Assembly: GCA_051362555.1 (NCBI GenBank)
Contig: CM120640.1
Coordinates: 64,582,788 to 64,646,787 of the forward strand
DNA length: 64,000 bases
Direction of reading: 5' to 3'
Origin: Lingula anatina
Taxonomy: Eukaryota > Animalia > Brachiopoda
The translations under genes were made by a program, and so were the position numbers. The notes under the pieces are model-generated. The model was not told the origin of the DNA, did no database searches, and worked only from the letters and a program-made list of their open reading frames with translations. Below are positions 1-16,988 of this stretch, piece after piece. Numbering within the stretch: the stretch's first letter is position 1; the number at the start of each line of letters is the position of its first letter.

Positions 1-303
1 AGGTTTGCTATATTTACAGTCTGAAGTCTTTCTTGTCTGAACTCATTTTGAGTCTCCTTGGAAGCATGTGATGTCTGTTTTGATAAAAAATATTGGATTC
101 CTATTAAGAGCTGTGCTTAAATGTACCACTTAAAGGTTAGAAATTACTTATCTATGGAAAAGGTCTTTGTGGGGCTCTTTCAATCTGTTTCAATATCATA
201 ATCAATAGTAACTCACTAAAAATTATGTTAAACAGGGATATATCCAGCTTCCTCTCTCTTCCTGAATTCTGTATACAATGAAGTAAGGGCAATGCTTGAC
301 TAT

Positions 304-521
304 GACTCCGTTCACATGAAAAATCTATTTTCTAAAAATCTATTTTCTATTCGCGGTATCTTGTGATCACTCCGAGAATTAATTACAGCTTTGGAAGTAA
401 CTGGCTCGCGCTGCCAGTATTCAGGGCACAGACGCGGGGTATTCAGGGCACAGACCGTGATCACAAGATACCGCGAATAGAAAATAGATTTTTAGAAAAT
501 AGATTTTTCATGTGAACGAAG

Positions 522-523
<2 letters not shown>
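304..523. mobile_element. Palindromic MITE with ~67-bp terminal inverted repeats (PIF/Harbinger-like termini)
   Basis: 304-370 (gactccgttcacatgaaaaatctattttct...gtgatcac) is almost exactly the reverse complement of 457-523. Internal 17-bp direct repeat gtattcagggcacagac at 417-433 and 439-455. The superfamily is inferred from GGCT-like ends; there is no clean TSD. Confidence 0.75.

Positions 524-564
<41 letters not shown>
524..564. repeat. (GT)n microsatellite
   Basis: About 20 perfect GT units directly after the MITE. Confidence 0.95.
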
Positions 565-566
<2 letters not shown>

Positions 567-1034
567 GCAGCACCTGCTAAAATTTCTTTGTCATGTTTCC
601 CAATATTGCAAGAGATAACGTACAAAAATGCCTGTACAGTAAGGTCATTGGGGTGTACTTCTATGTTCTGAAGGTTCGCTATTCCCAGATATGTGTACAG
701 GTATTTATAGAGCACAAAGATGGCAAACAAAGTATAGTAATTAAATGGCCAGTGGGTACTTATGTTGTAAAAGTCGCAGTGTTCTTCACGAAAAGCAGTA
801 GTTGATATTCTCATTGCGCTCCATAGCACAGGAGGATGTGTTACATGTTATATTGCGCTATAAAGTTTCACTCTTAGTTGTTATTATAAGGAATTACTGA
901 AGCATGAAATCTGCAAAGATCAGAAAAAATGCAAGTATTAAAGAGCCTTAAAAATAAGTTTCTTTGACATGGAGGTCAGTGCTCGCCCTGATTATTTAAC
1001 TATGTAATGCAGTTATCCCACCAACTTTTTAGGA

Positions 1035-1175
1035 ATATCGAACCTTCGGAATAGTGAACATTTGGATAGTGAACCTTTTTTCTTCAGAATAGCTAACCTT
1101 CAGAATAGTGGTGAATTTTAGATCAAGGCTCCATTAGTTAATAGAATTGTGAATCTTTGGATTAGGGAACCTTTG
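1035..1175. repeat. Degenerate copy of the gaaccttcgga/aatagtgaac subterminal-repeat MITE family
   Basis: Repeated gaaccttcggaatag / atagtgaacc units resembling the elements at 8829-8946 and 50870-51043; termini not recognisable. Confidence 0.45.
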
Positions 1176-1630
1176 GAACATACAGCTGACCCTGGGCATT
1201 GTGTAATTACCAGTAGATTTTATTGTTAACATCATTTTGTTAGATTAAATTAGGGGATATAGTCACACGTTTTCTAGCTATTCAATTAAAAAAGCATCAA
1301 ACCACATTATCTGATTGTGGTACTTAAATGTTCTACTCTGAGAGTGGCATGCACATGGTTTCAATCAAATGTCAGCATATATTTTAAAAAACAATACAGA
1401 GTTATATATAATCTACAATATTCTGATATTGATTTGTGTTAATGTGAGATGGAATTACATTTGTTTGTCAGGTAAGAGAGTTACATGAGAGAATTTGAAA
1501 AAAAAATGTGCAAAAATAAAAGAAGTTGGTGTTTATGCCAGGAATTACATTTGGGTGGCTTGATTATTTTATTTTTATTAAGTGCTACTTATACCTAAAG
1601 TATGTTAGAGACTCTTCTTTATCATTCCAG

Positions 1631-5771
<4,141 letters not shown>

Positions 5772-6297
5772 TTGTGGCAGGGGTTTAGGAACAGAGCTGC
5801 TACTGGGTAGAAATAAAGTGGGTTTTTTTTTTAAGACTGTGCCCTGACTTGAACAGTATGGAAAGTTGCATAAGAATTGGTGTAAAAAAAAGGACTGAAA
5901 TCAGAAAAGTATGCCCTTTTTAAGTTTGGAGAACAGTCTAGTTTTCTACAAGAGTTGAGATGTGAGGGTTTAGCTTTAAAGTTGGGACATGATGTTGGTG
6001 GGCAGTTTTGCTAGGTGTAGAACTAATGCAGCTAGAATTTATTTACAGCATAAACAGAAGAAAAATTATGCCAGTGCACTGCTGTCAAACGAATTGAAAT
6101 GTGCCTGTCTCTTTCAAGTGAATTGTAATAAAAATGGCATTTGTGAAGACTTATTGGTGAAGAAGGCTTTATGACTATCCTGCTTCAGTTCATCCAGATG
6201 ACTACCACCAAGTAGGACTCTCACTGTTGATTGCTATATGCACAGCTGCACACTGCTGGATGAACTTAATGTCAGAGTTAAATGACAATTAAGTTAT

Positions 6298-6520
6298 GGC
6301 TCATACACCCCATTTCCATAGATTAGATCGACCTACTTTAGATCGACCTAACTCCCTGGGGGTTCACGCTAAATAGCTGTCAGCCGGGCGGACACGAAAG
6401 TTAATTACCCCCTTACTGCTTGTAATAGGCGGGACGGACATTTAAGTCGGATTATCTGAAAGTAATCTAGTGAGACTCCCCGCGGGGATAGATCGATCTA
6501 AAATCTATGGGAATAGAGCC
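6298..6520. mobile_element. Degenerate palindromic MITE (GGCTC...GAGCC ends) in the probable STK32 3' UTR
   Basis: Left ggctc..ttccatagattagatcgacc versus right gatcgatctaaaatctatgggaatagagcc form imperfect inverted repeats; CpG-rich island in CpG-poor surroundings. Confidence 0.6.
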
Positions 6521-8828
6521 ATAGTGAGATTAAATTTTCTCTCTATGGAGAAAGAATACACTTGTTAAGATTTTCAACTGTTTAGATATCCACATCATAG
6601 CTCATGATAACTGTTAAGTTAAGATTACTGTCTGTGTAATGCATTTGTAAAACAAATCTGGGACCAGTTTAAGTTTTAGCTCTACAGACCAGATGCTAAT
6701 CTGTATTTATTGTAGACACAATGTAAAGGAGGATACTGTATATGTAAACACCAGTGCAGATTAAAAACCATGTTATGTCAGGTCAATTCTTTATTGACAT
6801 GTACTTAATATAATGCAGGACAATCATACTAATCACAAAGTTATGGCTCTTGTCAGATGGTAATTTGCTACTATCAACACTTAACTGAAAACTTGAAGTG
6901 GAATTTATTTACAAAAAGAAGAACTGACCGAAGAAGATTCTGCTGTCTTTGTAAAATACCTCAAAGGCTGATGTCATGTTCCACTTTTTGATTGTATGTG
7001 ATGGAATCAAGGTCACATACCTTTCATAGACTTTTTATTCAAGTGAAAATTGTCATAGGTAGATTTTTCCACGAAGAAGTTAAAATTGTATACCCCCAGT
7101 AGTATCATTTTACAGGATTTCTTTTAGTTTTTTTATTAGTCCATAGCATCTGTATGCTAATTATTGGTCCTTAAAAAGCACATTGTGTAATTTTTATTAG
7201 CACATATTTGGAATATTTGATCATGGAAGGGGTTAATTTAAAGAAACTTACATATGTAGACTATTGTTTGAGGGTGCTGAGGGTAGGAGTGATGAGACAG
7301 TTGCCTACTGCTTATAGAAGAATATAATGTTTTCATTTAACTAGAAAAAATATGTGATACTGCTTAAAGATTTTAGTCCTAAGTGAATTTGCTCCAAGTA
7401 CACTGTATAACTATTTATTATTGTGGTGCATTATATTGTTTGTAAATATGTATTTGAAATATATAAATATATGTTGTAGATATGGTGCTCAATATTATAT
7501 GTGTAATGGTATCAACTGCTTATGAAACGCTTTTATTATTCGTTAATTTCAAAAGTTAAATTTTGTATTAATTTTTTTTGTGTGTGAGAAATTAAAAGGT
7601 TTATGACCTTGTTGTGATTGAATGGATGGTTAACTGTTACAAGATTTTAATTATTTTGATTAACTGTCTTGAAACAAGAAATGTAGTTTTTCAGAGCGTT
7701 AATGCCGTAAATTTATAATCATGGTTTATAAGTTACAATGGTAGTAGCTAGTAGGTGGACAAAACACGCTTGAGTGTTATCATTGGTGAGTGAAACTTAA
7801 ACCCACATAAAACAACTTGAAAATATGTACCATACTAGTCAACCATAAATCAAAAAAGAATAATATTCAATCAATGCCAGTCATGTATTTTTAATTTATT
7901 AATTTTTTTTTAAAGATGTAGTACCTTCATTATGACATACATGTGACAGTTTTGTTAAGTTTGTGAAAAAATACAAAAGTGATTTTTTATGGTAGACTAG
8001 TGTGTTATATTGGAAGTCTTTTTTTTTATTATTATTAACTGATCAAGGTGACACCTCAAGTGGGGCAGTAGAGGATAACCAGATGAAGAAATACTTTTTA
8101 CTAAGTAAGGTTTTATTGTTTTGTGAATTTGAGGTTCTCTTAAAGGCAAAAGGAGTAAATTATTGCCTCAAGAAACTCCATGACAGGTATTTTTTGTGCT
8201 ATTATTCAGGTTGCTGTGATGCTCAGTGTTAGCTATACTTTTCTCCATCATTTAAAACTCTGTGTTAAATGGTGCTTTCAAAAATGTTTTTCATGTTTTA
8301 CAAAATTTACCACGTTTTTACATAATTTGCCCTTATACCTTTAAGAAAGCTGTTAATTACATAATCAATAAAACCTGTCACAAATTTTTGAAAAATATTA
8401 CTAGTGCTTTGTCTAATAAGAAATAAATTTTATTTATAAAAGTTGAACTTTTACTTCTATAATGTGGAATTTTTTCTGTCACAACAAAAAGACCCAAGTA
8501 AGCGGGTAGGGAACCAGCATGAGAAGATTTGGCTAACCATACATACCGCTTGGGCTATGTCCCTTAACATCCCCTACATTGTCACTCCCCCACTCCCTTC
8601 ATGTGAGAAAGTAACAATCTGAGGTATTGAAAAGTTGGCCCCACCAAAATTCTTATAAAAAATGGTGATGTTTTTTTAAACTATAACTGATGTCTTGCCT
8701 TTGAGACTTAGAAAGGCTTTGTTGGCTATTATTTGCATCAAAAAATTGTTAATTTGTTTTATGAATATTTTTACCAAGCAGGAAAAATGAAAACGCACAT
8801 TCTGACCTTTGGACTCCACACCTGAACA

Positions 8829-8946
8829 GGGGGCGTCTCGATAGTCCGAAGGTTCATTGGTCCGAAAAGCGGTAACATTTTTATCGATTTTTTATTCTAT
8901 AGTGAACATTCGGACTATTGAACCTTCGGACTATCGCTACGGCCCC
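8829..8946. mobile_element. 118-bp MITE with GG...CC termini and 8-bp TSD (Merlin- or MULE-like), copy 1
   Basis: TIR gggggcgtctcgatagtccgaaggttca / tgaaccttcggactatcgctacggcccc; TSD cctgaaca at 8821-8828 and 8947-8954; second copy at 50870-51043. Confidence 0.85.
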
Positions 8947-9179
8947 CCTGAACACGCTAATATTTACTATCATCACAGTTGTCAACATCAGAACAAAATG
9001 TTTAAGTAGATTGTTCGCATTTTACCTGAATAGAAATGGAAATGAGATTTAGAAAGACCTATGAAGATACTTTTTTCTAAATTCCATTTACTTTAATTCC
9101 ATAGATATTGTTTGTTAAAACATACTGTAGCAAAAATAAGTTTTCTTAAAAATATGTATAATTTTCCATTAATCATCAA

Positions 9180-9960
9180 ATTTTATATTGTCCGTAAAGC
9201 AAGATGTATAAACATGTTTTCGCGTTCTAAATTATAAGGCCTAGCAGGCCTAGAATTTTAAAATTCAATCCCGTCTTGCAAGTGCCCGTTAGGCAGTGGC
9301 GCCTCCTAGAACCCACAGAATTCTGGGACATCCGGAAAGATAGCGATCGATAGTCACGAAGCTCTCTCCGTAGCATACGGACTGTCCTAAGGTAGGTTTA
9401 TTTCTGCTTTAAAAAGTAACCCCCCCAAAATATTATAAGATAAATGGTTTATATTTTTCTTTTTAGTGTACACTCAGTACCACATAAGATTTGAAGATCG
9501 TTTCTGCAAACTAGCTGCTGTTGACATGTTGTCAAGTTGTTTTTTCGAAGCCGACCAATAACAAAGTGGTCATAAACTAACCAGTGCATTGCTTTCGCGT
9601 TCAACGCATATATTACCAGTAGTGATAACACTGCTGTAGTTTATACCTTTGTAATAAACGTATTGGGCATTTTGGGTAGCTCATGTAAATAATATCATAA
9701 TAAGGTATGTGACGAATGTCGTTGTGTTACGCCGTTCACTGTTTTAGTCACACCTGGCTTGAGGTTTTGAGGTACGTATGTTTCCGCGTTTGAAAATGCC
9801 CTAAAGTAATATTTTCTATGTCTACACATCCTGCAAATCTTCTGATCTTTCCCAATTCAGACCCTAAAAACGATTAAACCCCCTCAAATCGAAGTACCTG
9901 ATGTGAATTCATTTGTAGAGGCCGATTTCTAGACCCGACTAGCTGAAATGTAGACATGGC
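9180..9960 (+). promoter_or_regulatory. Probable PAM promoter and non-coding first exon (CpG-rich)
   Basis: Local CpG enrichment, ETS-like catccggaaag, DRE-like cgatcgatag and a good donor aag|gtaggt after 9391. The next strong acceptor (poly-T cag, ending 12863) opens the ATG-bearing PAM exon. Confidence 0.5.
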
Positions 9961-11520
9961 GGTATAAATGTCTAGGCAGAATGTTGAAACAATTATTTAA
10001 TTAGAAACTACATAAAACATTGGATCCAAGTGTAGGCATGGGCCCAGCAGTAATTTGTAAATAAGGTATTTTTTCTTCTGAATGTAAACAGATGAAAGAT
10101 CATAATAGATTATTGTACAAGCTGTAAGAATGTTTTGTCTCTTGCACATTAGTATTTTATTCCACTAAACTTTGTGTTTTTGGTTTAAAATTTATCCGAA
10201 AGATTGTGATTCAAATAAATCAAGAATTCCTTACACTTTTCTATACAGTTGTCACATGTGGCTTTAATATATCCAAAACTGTTATGATCATGTGGCTACC
10301 CATGTCATTGTTATAGCTATTGTCTTCCAATTTTATTTAACACCATAACTAGAAATGGTATATTTTAGTTTTACTTTGATTTCACTTGGCAACAGGGCAA
10401 GTTGAGTTAAAAAAAATTCCCATGGTTGGGTTATTTTCATAGAAGTTATTGACTCCTAATTTATTTGATGTTTAGTATATTTTTACATATGACATTTGCC
10501 CTGGGCATCAGTGCCAAACCACACTTTATGTTTTAAATTTACAACTGGGCTTTATTTGGTGAGAAGGCAGGTTGAATTAAAAGATAAGCATAAGTACAGT
10601 TTGTTACCATGTTTGCACTTGTGTAAAAAAAAGTCTAGTACAAAAGAAAAAGCCATGCTAATAAGCATGGTATAAAGCACAAACTTCCAATTTCTATTTT
10701 GCTTCTAAAGGCATCATATTATTGGCCCTCAACATATCTTGTTGGGAATGGTTGTATCATTCTAACTAAATATATTGGTAGTGAATTTGTATTTAATATC
10801 TTTTATGGGAAATGATGAGCATCGTACTAATTATTTGTTTTACTTATTGGTTTTATATTTAAAAAATAGAAGAATGAAGCTTAAATAGCAAAGATTACAG
10901 CTAGCACGAAAATTCATGCGTTAGCACTCCTATTAACGGTTCTGATATGTATTGGCGGTGCTAAGGTTATAGCCAATGCTTTAATATTGAGAAAATTGAA
11001 AACTTGTTCCAACTTCATATTTGACTGCATTGTTCCTATGTCTTGAATTAGCACTTTCAGAATATTTATGATGCCATTGCTTTTTACATTAGCTTTTGTT
11101 GTTTGGAATGATACAGTGGTTGGGTTTAACTGGTCATTTAGTAAATCATGGTTTAAACGAAATTACTTTTAAAGTCGTAAGAACTGTTGGTTACAGTGTT
11201 GTATTAAACATCCCTTAATCAAAAACCTTATAAATAGTGATTAGAGAGATTTGCTGAAGGAGTTGAAATATTAAATGCAGATCAATGCACATTAAGAAAA
11301 CATCCTTCTCCCAGAACCATATGTTGCCGTTTCTACATCCCTCACTTTCTTATGTATTTGTATTAAGTTCACATAAAACCTTTGATGTGAAATAATTTGT
11401 TTTACACATATTGGTGTTTTCACTATTTTGTGAAAAGTGATTGTTACTGGAATAGCCAAATAGGTTTAAGTCATTTACATTGAGCATATCACCATAATAA
11501 CAGCTGTAAAAGAGACTGAG

Positions 11521-11577
11521 TAATAATTTAAATGGAAACAACAATCTGAATAATAATTTAAATGGAAATAACAATAA
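11521..11577. repeat. 30-bp tandem duplication
   Basis: taataatttaaatggaaa(c/t)aacaat repeated at 11521 and 11551. Confidence 0.8.
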
Positions 11578-12982
11578 TTTTTATCTGAAATGTAGTAAAA
11601 GTGTTGAAATAAAGTCTACTATAAGTAAAAATAAAGCTACCCTAAAAGTTTAAAATAAGTGACATGGAGCACGTAGCATGTTCTAGGTGTGCATGTTAGG
11701 TCAGATTGATTATCTTTAATAAATTTGCATTTGGCCTCAATTCAAGCTATAAGATAAAGTTCAACACTTAGTTTATGAAAAGAGTTATGTCTTATGGAAT
11801 CATATAATCTTAAAGATGAAGTAAAATGCATATATAATTACTCATATCTCAATGTCTGACAAGGGAAGGTGAACTTGCAAACTGGGAGTGCAATGAGTCT
11901 GCAGCGTTTGCCGCTGGTCCTATGCCTGCAGTCCGTAAGATTTTGTTTGGACCTAGAGATTTTTCAGGATGTGTGAATTTAGTGGTCCGACATGTCCATT
12001 AAATATTTTCTACAAGTTTTCTAAAGAGCTTTAGATTTGATTAATTTTTTTCAGAAATGTAACTGTTACATGATGATTCAAAATTTTTAAAAAAAGTGTT
12101 TGAAATCAAAATCAAGGTCTTGTTATGTTAATGCAGTGAGATTTTTATTTGAGCCTGTACTTTGGACCAGTAGATTTTAGGAAAGGGATGGTCTGTATGG
12201 CCAGTAAGCTGAAAATGGCACAGACTGCATTGAGTTGGTAGATGAGTCCCTGACATTTTTTCTCTTTTTGTATTTAATATTAGGATGACAAGAGGTACAT
12301 TACAGTAAAAAATTCATAAAAAGGCTTGCTAACTGTACACCAACTAAAATGGGGATATTCAATAGATCAGACCATACTTATTAAGCACATTTGTAATTAT
12401 CAGAAAGCCAAGATGTGTAGTTCCTTTTTGTAGGTATTGTTTGAGTGTATTTCTTGCCTTGCATTCAAAGAGTCAAAATCCCAGAGCGCCTCTACCTACT
12501 TGATGTACTTTAGGTTTGGGAGATCACTCCTTGTGTCCAAGTTTGCTATATATGTTTGCAGTGAAGATGGGTTGGCAGTGGTATAGTGCAGGGTATCAGG
12601 CCGTGACAGTGTTCACTGCTCCCATTTCATGACAGAACATTTATCAATTATGTGAAAAACCTAACATATGTCTGGTTAAGAACTAGTTTAGACTTGGATT
12701 TTTTGTGTGAATTTTAAACAGAGTAATGCATATCATGCAGAACATGTTCAAGGAAATGTATTGACATTAAAACAGCCCAAAGCACACTAAAGGTTATTAA
12801 TGCATAAAAATAAAAGGAAACATATCGTGGATCTTATATATATATTTTTCTTTTTTTTTTCAGTGAAAAAGGGACATGCCGTACTAAAAAGAAAGGGCTA
12901 GAGTACTGCTTTGTGTAACAACCTTACTTGCAAAGTGACTTATACCCAAAAAGGAATTTAAGAAGAAAAAAACAGCTGCACA

Positions 12983-15900
12983 ATGCAGAATTGTCATCTA
13001 TTTTTGGCCTGTATTATACTTGGGTTTGTCCACTCTTCGCCTATGAATGACAATGGGTTTTCTGAATTGCTGAAACAACACCGAGAAGGTACCAACATTT
13101 TGGATGTCACGATGCCTGGAATCACGCCAAAAGTGGTAAGTTGAATTAAGAAGGAAAATATATGAATGGGTGAAAAACAGAGTAAACCTGAATATCTTCC
13201 ATGATATTTAGGCTATGAGCAAAGATAAGAAGATCCATGCAACAACCACAAAGTAAAAGTGATTGTTTTTATTCTGCCACATTCTAAATTATGAATTGAC
13301 TCTTTGATTCATAATTCACATCTTGTCATGGATTTGGTTAAAAAAGATATGACTTGATTTAGCATGATGGCAAGTGGTCCACAGCAAAATTGTATAATAG
13401 CATAGCAATTAATGTTAAGAATGCATTTTCTGTTCACAGGAAGACTACTATGTATGTACGTCTGTGCCAGTACCGACTGGAGAAAATTATATAGGTATGT
13501 TTTTAATATATTGCTACAGTAGGAGAAGGGGGAATTGGATATTAAAGAGAATTAGCACCTTTCCAGTATAACTAGAGAGAATTATCACTCTTAGCTATAA
13601 TTGCATTCTGTCATGTTATCAACATGTGTGTCTAGAATGTTTTCTTTAAAGGGATAATAACTCTTCGTTTTGGCCAAAAAAATGAATTTTCCTGGAGTAA
13701 ACAGCAATTTTCCTGTACTAAGCAATGGTTAGTGAATCCATTTTTACATTCAAAGTTAGTCCCTTGTTTTTTTCTTAACAGTTTGTTTTTTTGTTATAAT
13801 CTCTTAAGAGATTATAACAGAGTATAGCCATCAATGGAGGTCAAGTGGTCTAAAGACAAGCTCAGATATCAGAATAATGTCTATAACTGTCGTTTCTTGT
13901 ACAACAGAATATATTATATTTCTGTGAGTTGTTCACAATGTATTTTATTGTGAAATATAGATCTCATACAAAGAGTTATTATCCCTTTAAATGATCTGAT
14001 TCTCATATTGTTATGTAGAATCAAATATGAACATTGCTTTGATTTGGAATATGATCATTCACAAAATTAATTTTTGGGCAAATGAAAGTCACTGTTATGC
14101 TTGAGTATAGTAAATATTGTATATTTAAAATGTGCTTTACAAAGTCAGATATCAACAATCATTTCTGATATAAAAAAAAACATAGTAGAAATTCTTAATG
14201 ACATTTTTCCTATTTCTTTTCTCTATTTCAGTCCAATTTGAGCCTCTGGCCTCAGGAGATATGGCCCATCACATGTTAATGTTTGGCTGTGAGCAGCCAG
14301 CTGAAAACAGGAAATCTTGGTAAGTTTTCCTGTGAACTGTCTTCCATTGATCTTATTTTGAGTCAGTTTTTGGCTTTCACAGATTTACTTTGTGTGTTGG
14401 TAGTGGTAATAAAAATGTATACTTTAATGCTTTCATTTTTTAGGTAAGTAATTGGGGCCTTTATGGTATTTGTTTTATCAGTGGTTTTGATTACCTTTAT
14501 CTTATTGATCAAATGTTTTGCTATATATTGTATAATAAACGTGTGGTTGTAACCATTTTGGGATATGTTTAAATGTACAAAAATTTAAACCATTAATAGG
14601 TATATAAGACATTAACAAAATTTGTATCCATTCTTCTAGCTGAATTGTTCTAATATGTAAGTTAAGTGTCATGCAGTAATTTTCAAGGCAGTGGTATTAT
14701 TCTTGAAGTGAGTGGGTGTATCCATGCTTTTAAAGGGTCATTTTCTCTCTCTCCTGGGTGATGTATTGTATAGTTTGATTAACATTGAGAGCATTAAGCA
14801 CCATAGAAACTATTATTAATGATTGAAGGCTATTGCAAAATGAGGCATCATCATTTAAGTACATTTATTGAATTATTGTGGCAATAATACTCAGACACTG
14901 TTAAAAGCTGTACATGTACTAAGGTAATTATTGAAAATTTTCGCAGAATATAAATACATTTTTCATACCATGTTTAGGGGTGGTACAATGGGCAGTCACA
15001 TCTTAGAGAGGGGGTTAACCCTTTAACAAACAGAAAGTGCAAGATGACAGACTTGATTTCATTTCCAGAGTTACATTTTTAAAAAAAGCAAGACTACAAT
15101 TTCTGGGATGTGTTCATTGTTGTTAAGCAGAATACTTACTATAGATACCTTTTAAAATAAGTCTTTTAAGGGTGATGGATGATCTGAAATTGAAATTTAA
15201 TGGATGACTACAGTAAAAGCATCTAAAACAACTGATTTTAATGGATATAGTGGAATGAAATGATATCCAGCACATTGATTCTCCCTGTTAAATTGTTTTG
15301 GTGGTTTACTGAACAAGGGATTTGGCTGTAAACTAGTTTCAGGTTAAAAGCTTATTTTGGAGACATGAGCTAAGCTGTCACTTGTTAGTAAAAAGTATAA
15401 TTGTTTTATTTTTTCAGTCTTTCTAGAATTGCCTTTTGAATTAAATAAATGTTTGGTTTCAACTTCCTGGTTCAAAGAACACTTTTTATTGCCCTTCATA
15501 TCCTTTTTCTGTCAAAGTTTAATGTTTTTTTTTTTTTTTCTTATTTACAGGGAGTGTGGCCAGACTTGCAGAGGGACACCCAATATTTTGTTTGCCTGGG
15601 CCAAAAATGCTCCACCAACCAATCTTCCTGAAGGTAATAAATCACTCTATTTCTTTTCATTTCCTCAATTTTGTCTTTTTACAAAAGTCATTATCATATT
15701 TAGTCTGGGGTATGTCTTCATCAGTGGACTACTGATGAATAGACTGGTATTAGCCAATTGAGTAAAAAAAATCTAGAGTACCTATAAAATGTTCTCAAAT
15801 ATGATGTTTATACACCTGTTTGCATGTTGAAATATTATAAAAAAATTACTCATGGGCTAAATGAATAATTACTTGCAGTCTTTCAATGTAAATGAATAAA

Positions 15901-16957
15901 ATGTCAATGTATTAATTATTATTAAACTTAATCTTGGTTAATGTATACATTTATATAAAGTGTGTATTGTTTTTCAATAAAATATTACTTTAGAATTAAC
16001 TTTTTGGTAAAATATAACAGTTGATAGGGGATTTATATTTTTGGTCATGAGTTTGTTTTTTGTTAGATAAATATGTTTACAGTGACAATAGCAAGTCTAC
16101 CCAGCCATGGTATAACATCTAGTTTTTACAAACTCGTAATTGCTTCTTGAAGGATATAAATCTACTGTTGCTTGGTAACATATTGCATATTGTTAATCTG
16201 TTTTTCTGACATTAGTATTCCTATTATGATCATTTTTCATAGATTCCTGGAGGGGTGGAAGTAATATCTAAAAATTATTTGGGGCTGATGTAAAATGTAC
16301 ATAAAAGCAAATGAATAAGTATAACAATAATATGTGTAGAAAATATCAAGAATATCATCCAAAGAAACATAATTTTCCTAAGATATTGTGGAATGTCAGA
16401 TTTACGTTGTGTTGGCCATCTTTCATAACATAATACAGTGATATCATCTCTTATCAGTAAGTGGTCTGGGAGAGCTTGAACAATATCAACCCGCACTTTA
16501 ATGAACATACACGACCCTATAGAGAGTGTTATATTGACTTGAGTCTTTCTGTCTTTGCTGATTTTGCTCATTAGTTGATGTGCAAATGTCAGGGACTGTG
16601 AGGACTGATCAATAAATGCCTGTGTGGGTGTAGCTTTGAGCAGAGGAAATATATGACCATCTCCCCATAGAGACCAGCAATCTCATTTTCTAAAACCTAG
16701 GAGGGTTTTCTTGGAAAGGCAACGTGGCATGGGATGAAGCTGTAGCTGGATAAAAAAATTTTAAATTATGTGCTGGTGTATATTGAAGCTTTGAAGCTTT
16801 GACAATTTTTCTAAAGCCATATGATATTTTTCTAATATTTTTCAAAATTCTGGAATTTTTTGTGCTGTTCTCTGAAGCATGAAGTGGCCATTTAAGAAAA
16901 ATGTTGGGATATTATTAACTTTTAGTTTTGTTTTTCACTATAAGCGGAATTAGTTTT

Positions 16958-16988
<31 letters not shown>

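Noticed and set aside
461-829. 122-aa minus-strand ORF with a THTHTH run
   Set aside because: Made from the (GT)n microsatellite and a MITE arm; no coding signal.
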